44,698 bases of DNA from a virus. The stretch is taken from IMG/VR virus record IMGVR_UViG_3300037424_000686, positions 1-44,698 of that record; one strand, 5' to 3'. The first letter of the stretch is position 1. Every line of letters starts with the position of its first letter. Shown here one piece after another: positions 41,768 to 44,698 of this stretch. Made by a program: the position numbers and the translations under genes. The notes beneath the pieces were generated by a model. That model did not search any database, was not told the DNA's origin, and was given only the letters and a program-made list of their open reading frames with translations.

Positions 41768-42288
41768 AGCAAATCCTCCAGCTTTGGGGGTGAGAGCAGC
41801 TCAGGCTGCGCGGGTAGGGATTCGACGACTGTCTCGGCGGGGAGCGCGGCCGCGCCACCCTTCGCCTTGAGGGCGTCGAGGTGCAACGTTCCAATGTTGA
41901 TCTGCACGCCACCGGTCTTCGGCGGGGCGTACTCCTCGCTCAACGTGCCGGCCAGCCAGCGCCGCGTATCGGCGCGCAGCTTCGCGCCAGCCACGATCGC
42001 GCTCTCGGTCTCACCCTCGGTCTCGTCCACGATGTCGACCGCCTCGTCCACGAGCGCGTGCGGCGTCTCCTCGCGGCGGACCCGGTAGAAGGCCTCGAGC
42101 CACTCGGGCTTCAGCTTCAGGTACTTGCGGATCAGCTGGCGGGACACACCCTCGGGCTTGACGTCCGTGAACTGCTTCCCGACCCAACTGAGGGTCTTAC
42201 CCTCGGCGACCCAATCGAGGATGACCTCGACCCCGCCGCGGGCCGCGACGCGCTCCTGGAGTAGGGCGAAGATGGGCATACCAGGCAT
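41764..42288 (-). CDS. terS: terminase small subunit
   Basis: An N-terminal HTH-like segment (KTLSWVGKQFTDVKPEGVSRQLIRKYL) is followed by AGAKLRADTRRWLAGTLSEEYAPPK, the ARLR.DTRKW...K..P..Y signature I associate with TerS proteins. It is the first gene of the late arm. Confidence 0.65.
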   Translation of the reverse strand: MPGMPIFALLQERVAARGGVEVILDWVAEGKTLSWVGKQFTDVKPEGVSRQLIRKYLKLKPEWLEAFYRVRREETPHALVDEAVDIVDETEGETESAIVAGAKLRADTRRWLAGTLSEEYAPPKTGGVQINIGTLHLDALKAKGGAAALPAETVVESLPAQPELLSPPKLEDLL

Positions 42289-42333
42289 TCGGCTTCCGAG
42301 CTCCAGGGCTGGGCGTGTGGGTTGTGGGCACGA

Positions 42334-42382
42334 AAAAGCCGCCCACTACCGAATATATGCCACATTCCTGCCAAAATGTCAA
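42334..42382 (-). promoter_or_regulatory. promoter-like element facing terS (left arm of a 49-bp inverted pair)
   Basis: The minus strand reads TTGACA-N19-TATATT inside TTGACAttttggcaggaaTGTGGCATATATTCGGTAGTGGGCGGCTTTT. The 31-nt core is 28/31 identical to the right arm. Confidence 0.45.
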
Positions 42383-42406
42383 GTGGTGAGTAAGTACTCA
42401 CTATCT

Positions 42407-42687
42407 GTGACAGATGTGACAGATCGGTGACAGATTTTTAAAAATCTGTCACACCCCTAGCCCCCGGCGTGGCAACGAGTTACGAGATACCGTGACAGAT
42501 GTGACAGATTTTGGTCCGCATGACGGCGTATAGTGTATATAGCGTGTAGTGTCTTACGTACGTATGCCTGTCATAGAGCAAATAATCTGTCACATCTGAC
42601 AAGACAGGGCCTAACCACTATGCGCGATAAGCGGTTAGCGTTGTAATGTTTCCGCCAAGCATCTGTCACATCTGTCACATCTGTCAC
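42407..42687. repeat. ten copies of 9-mer ATCTGTCAC / GTGACAGAT in dyad-symmetric tandem arrays (iteron/operator-like)
   Basis: GTGACAGAT occurs at 42407, 42416, 42427, 42492 and 42501. ATCTGTCAC occurs at 42444, 42585, 42661, 42670 and 42679, plus a degenerate ATCTGACAA at 42594. Bases 42427-42452 form a perfect 26-bp palindrome, GTGACAGATTTTTAAAAATCTGTCAC. An AT-rich core lies around 42520-42570. Confidence 0.9.
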
Positions 42688-42705
42688 ACCCTCGAGCTCT
42701 CCGAC

Positions 42706-42754
42706 TTGACTCCGGGCCCCGATTGTGGCATGTATTCGGTAGTAGGCAGCTTTT
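42706..42754 (+). promoter_or_regulatory. promoter-like element facing the early arm (right arm of the inverted pair)
   Basis: TTGACT-N19-TGTATT inside TTGACTccgggccccgatTGTGGCATGTATTCGGTAGTAGGCAGCTTTT, followed by CCCTGGAGG and ATG 42779. Confidence 0.45.
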
Positions 42755-42778
42755 CACCGAAACCCTGGAGGTCACCCT

Positions 42779-43261
42779 ATGCTGTTCCCCCTCACGTTCA
42801 TGCTGCTCGCCGGCGTCGCCCTCGGCGCTACGGTCCTGTTCCTGGTCCGTCCCCCGGAGGTCGTGACGCGCGAGGTCGAGCTGCCCGTGTTCGTCCCCAC
42901 GCCCGTGTACCCGGACACCGCGGCCGGCGTCCTGGACGTGATCGACCGGCTGCTCGCGTCCGGGTTCCGCCCCAACGCTGGTCATGCCCCCGGGAGCCCG
43001 GCGTTCGAGTCGCGCGCGCTCTGGGACGTCCTGAGCGCGCTCCGCGGCCCCGACAGCAACGATGTGGCCGTGAAGGCCCGCACCACCGAGGTGATCCGCA
43101 CCCGCGCGTTCCCGTGCACCGCGCTCACCAGGTGCGGCCCCGCGGACTTCGCCCCGCCGGGCAACCCGCTCCTGGTAGACACGAGCGGTCTCTCGTACTT
43201 CGATCACTTCCGGATGCACGCCGTTTTTGCGGATGCCGCGCTGCGGGCGATGGGGCGCTGA
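42779..43261 (+). CDS. N-terminally membrane-anchored protein, hypothetical
   Basis: GGAGG lies 7 nt upstream of the ATG. TM helix LTFMLLAGVALGATVLFLV. This is the first gene of the early arm. Confidence 0.6.
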   Translation: MLFPLTFMLLAGVALGATVLFLVRPPEVVTREVELPVFVPTPVYPDTAAGVLDVIDRLLASGFRPNAGHAPGSPAFESRALWDVLSALRGPDSNDVAVKARTTEVIRTRAFPCTALTRCGPADFAPPGNPLLVDTSGLSYFDHFRMHAVFADAALRAMGR

Positions 43262-43593
43262 TGCCGCGCGCCACGAAGCGGGCACGACGTCGCACCCTGC
43301 GGCATGGGACGGCTATGAGCCGCGGCCCCGAGGTCCCGATCGGGCTCGAGGGCGTGCCGCCCGCGCTCCTGGCCGCGTGGCGCCGCGAGCATGTCGCCCG
43401 CGCCGAGTCCGGTCCCGAGTTCCTGACCACCGCGCAGCTGCAGGCGCTGTGGGGCGTGGGCCGGAGCGCGACCGGCCTGCGCCTGCGCCGGATGGCGCGC
43501 GCGGGTCGCATCGAGCGCGGCCTCCGTCGCGCCGGCACGATCCTGGTCCCCGCATACCGACTGAGACACCCTGCAAGGAGTCCCGATGAATGA
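43261..43593 (+). CDS. winged-helix DNA-binding protein
   Basis: ATG 43261 overlaps the upstream stop (TGATG). FLTTAQLQALWGVGRSATGLRLRRMARAGRIER followed by ILVPAYRL looks like an HTH plus wing. Confidence 0.55.
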   Translation: MPRATKRARRRTLRHGTAMSRGPEVPIGLEGVPPALLAAWRREHVARAESGPEFLTTAQLQALWGVGRSATGLRLRRMARAGRIERGLRRAGTILVPAYRLRHPARSPDE

Positions 43594-43687
43594 CCAACTG
43601 CAGAAGCTGTGGTATCGCGCCCAGGATACCTTCTCCCAGTTCGGCCGTCGAGCGCGCGACCACGGCCGTAGGAGCACCGACCGATGA
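43586..43687 (+). CDS. hypothetical micro-protein (33 aa)
   Basis: Hand-translated: MNDQLQKLWYRAQDTFSQFGRRARDHGRRSTDR. It overlaps both neighbours (ATGA at 43684-43687). Existence is uncertain. Confidence 0.3.
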   Translation: MNDQLQKLWYRAQDTFSQFGRRARDHGRRSTDR

Positions 43688-44538
43688 GCGCTGCGCCGCA
43701 CCGCTTCCTCGACAACCTGCACGCGCAGTTCCGGCGCCGCGAGGTCACGCTCCGGTACCCCGATTCCGCGTTCCCGGAGCTGCACGTGCATGTGCCCGAT
43801 CGCTGGCCGACCATCCAGCTCGCGCCGCTGTACGACGTGCACCTCGGGCACCGGCAGCACGACGCCGCGCTCTTTCGCGAGCACGTGGCATGGATCGCGG
43901 ACACCGCGAACGTGCTCACCTTCAACGGCGGGGACCTGATCGACAACAGCTCGAAGCTGTCCGTGGGCGGTGGCGTGTACGAGCAGGACATGATGCCCGA
44001 CGCGCAAATCACGGCCTCCCTCGAGGAGCTGGCCGGCATCCGGCACAAGATGCTGTTCGCGCTTCCCGGGAACCACGAGCAGCGCTCCGGGATGATGGGG
44101 CTCGATGTCGCGAAGTGGATCGCGACGGCGCTCAAGGTCCCGTACTACCCGGACTACTGCCTCTGTACCATCCACTGGCGCAAGAACCGCTTCCGGCTCC
44201 TCGCGCACCACGGGAGCGGCAGCGCGGTCACCGCGGGCGCGCAGCGGATGGCGGCCCGGAAGGACCTGACCTGGGCGAAGCCGGTCGACCTCTACTGGAC
44301 CGGGCACCTGCACAACCCGCTCGTGGACATGCTCTATCAGACGGACGCCGATCAGCGGACCGGCACATACCACGAGCGGAACGCGCTCGCGATCATCAGC
44401 CCGAGCTACCTCGGCTTCTTCGGCACGTACGCCGCGCAGAAGCGGTACCACCCCGGAACGCGGGGCCTGGCGGTCGTGATTTTGAATCCGAACGGACGCA
44501 TCGACGTGTCCATTCACGCACGCGGGAGGCGGCTATGA
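43684..44538 (+). CDS. calcineurin-like metallophosphoesterase
   Basis: All five MPE blocks are present in order: YDVHLGH (DxH), NGGDLID (GDxxD), PGNHE (GNHE), LAHHGSG (H) and TGHLH (GHxH). Confidence 0.85.
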   Translation: MSAAPHRFLDNLHAQFRRREVTLRYPDSAFPELHVHVPDRWPTIQLAPLYDVHLGHRQHDAALFREHVAWIADTANVLTFNGGDLIDNSSKLSVGGGVYEQDMMPDAQITASLEELAGIRHKMLFALPGNHEQRSGMMGLDVAKWIATALKVPYYPDYCLCTIHWRKNRFRLLAHHGSGSAVTAGAQRMAARKDLTWAKPVDLYWTGHLHNPLVDMLYQTDADQRTGTYHERNALAIISPSYLGFFGTYAAQKRYHPGTRGLAVVILNPNGRIDVSIHARGRRL

Positions 44539-44698
44539 AGATCAACGGTGTAGAGGTATCCATCAGGCCGTACGCGGACCTGTACGGCGCGGACCTGTAC
44601 GGCGCGGACCTGTACGGCGCGAACCTGCGCGGCGCGAACCTGGGCGGCGCGAACCTGGGCGGCGCGAACCTGCGCGGCGCGGACCTGTACGGCGCGGA
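44535..44698 (+). CDS. pentapeptide-repeat protein, proximal part (continues at base 1)
   Basis: The ATG overlaps the upstream stop (ATGA). Reads MKINGVEVSIRPY (ADLYG)x3 ANLRG (ANLGG)x2 [11 protein letters not shown]..., open to the end of the window. Confidence 0.8.
   Translation, partial: MKINGVEVSIRPYADLYGADLYGADLYGANLRGANLGGANLGGANLRGADLYGA
44574..44698. repeat. 15-bp in-frame tandem repeat, second copy of the block at 11..135
   Basis: Base-for-base identical to 11..135. Confidence 0.95.

Noticed and set aside
42407-42687. A CRISPR array reading of the repeated 9-mers
   Set aside because: The repeats are only 9 bp and are directly abutting, with no spacers of 25-40 bp. They occur in both orientations and no cas genes are present. 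They behave like protein-binding iterons or operators.
42724-42740. A sigma-54 promoter (TGGCAT...)
   Set aside because: The GG-N10-GC spacing of the -24/-12 consensus (TGGCAC-N5-TTGC) is not met; the position where GC should fall reads GT.
42334-42754. A MITE or other small mobile element bounded by the ~31-49-bp inverted repeats
   Set aside because: Each arm has the same -35/-10-like geometry and is followed by CCCTGGAG plus the first start codon of an operon, which fits paired divergent promoters better. The flanks (CACGA / CACCGA) are not a clean target-site duplication. This cannot be fully excluded without searching for other copies.
1-44698. A lysogeny module (integrase, excisionase, CI-like repressor), a reverse transcriptase/DGR, or partition genes
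   Set aside because: No ORF shows tyrosine- or serine-recombinase, RT (YxDD) or ParA/ParB motifs. The two HTH proteins are small and lack repressor-type C-terminal domains. The absence is judged by eye only and should be confirmed with profile searches.

Overview
The window looks like a complete, high-GC (by eye about two-thirds G+C) tailed-phage genome of about 44.6 kb. It is podovirus-like, with a P22-type portal, an HK97-fold capsid and internal or ejection proteins. The linear sequence is cut inside a gene. A pentapeptide-repeat ORF starts at 44535 and continues in frame at base 2, and both window ends lie in the same perfect 15-bp tandem repeat.

The genome has two arms.
- **Plus-strand early/replication arm:** runs 42779 to the end, wraps to 1, and continues to 15274. 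It encodes a membrane protein, a wHTH protein, a metallophosphoesterase, the pentapeptide-repeat protein, an HD hydrolase, small Zn-ribbon proteins, a PD-(D/E)XK resolvase, an SNF2 helicase, the DUF2800 nuclease / DUF2815 SSB / family-A DNA polymerase / prim-pol-helicase module, a DUF5664-like protein, a lower-GC three-gene cassette and DUF932.
- **Minus-strand late arm:** runs 42288 down to 15339. It encodes TerS, four inserted genes, TerL, portal, scaffold, major capsid, decoration protein, a glycosyltransferase, adaptor, fibres, tail proteins, Gly-rich internal proteins and a 1210-aa multidomain virion protein.

The arms converge on a bidirectional terminator (15301-15340). They diverge from a roughly 490-bp lower-GC control region (42289-42778). 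That region holds ten copies of the 9-mer ATCTGTCAC in dyad-symmetric arrays, between two near-identical promoter-like elements. Start/stop overlaps (ATGA, GTGA, TGATG) are pervasive, which suggests translational coupling.

I found no integrase, repressor, reverse transcriptase, CRISPR array, rRNA or canonical tRNA.

All product calls come from motifs read by eye, with no database search. Many long ORFs in the supplied track are antisense or out-of-frame artefacts of high GC and were ignored.

The best candidates for something new are:
- the dyad iteron/promoter region;
- the early metallophosphoesterase / pentapeptide-repeat / HD operon;
- the genes inserted between terS and terL, including a protein with eight RVRVSAVEIEVPxxPR repeats and a secreted low-GC3 protein;
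- the lower-GC cassette at 12.5-13.7 kb;
- the 1210-aa polyvalent-like virion protein.
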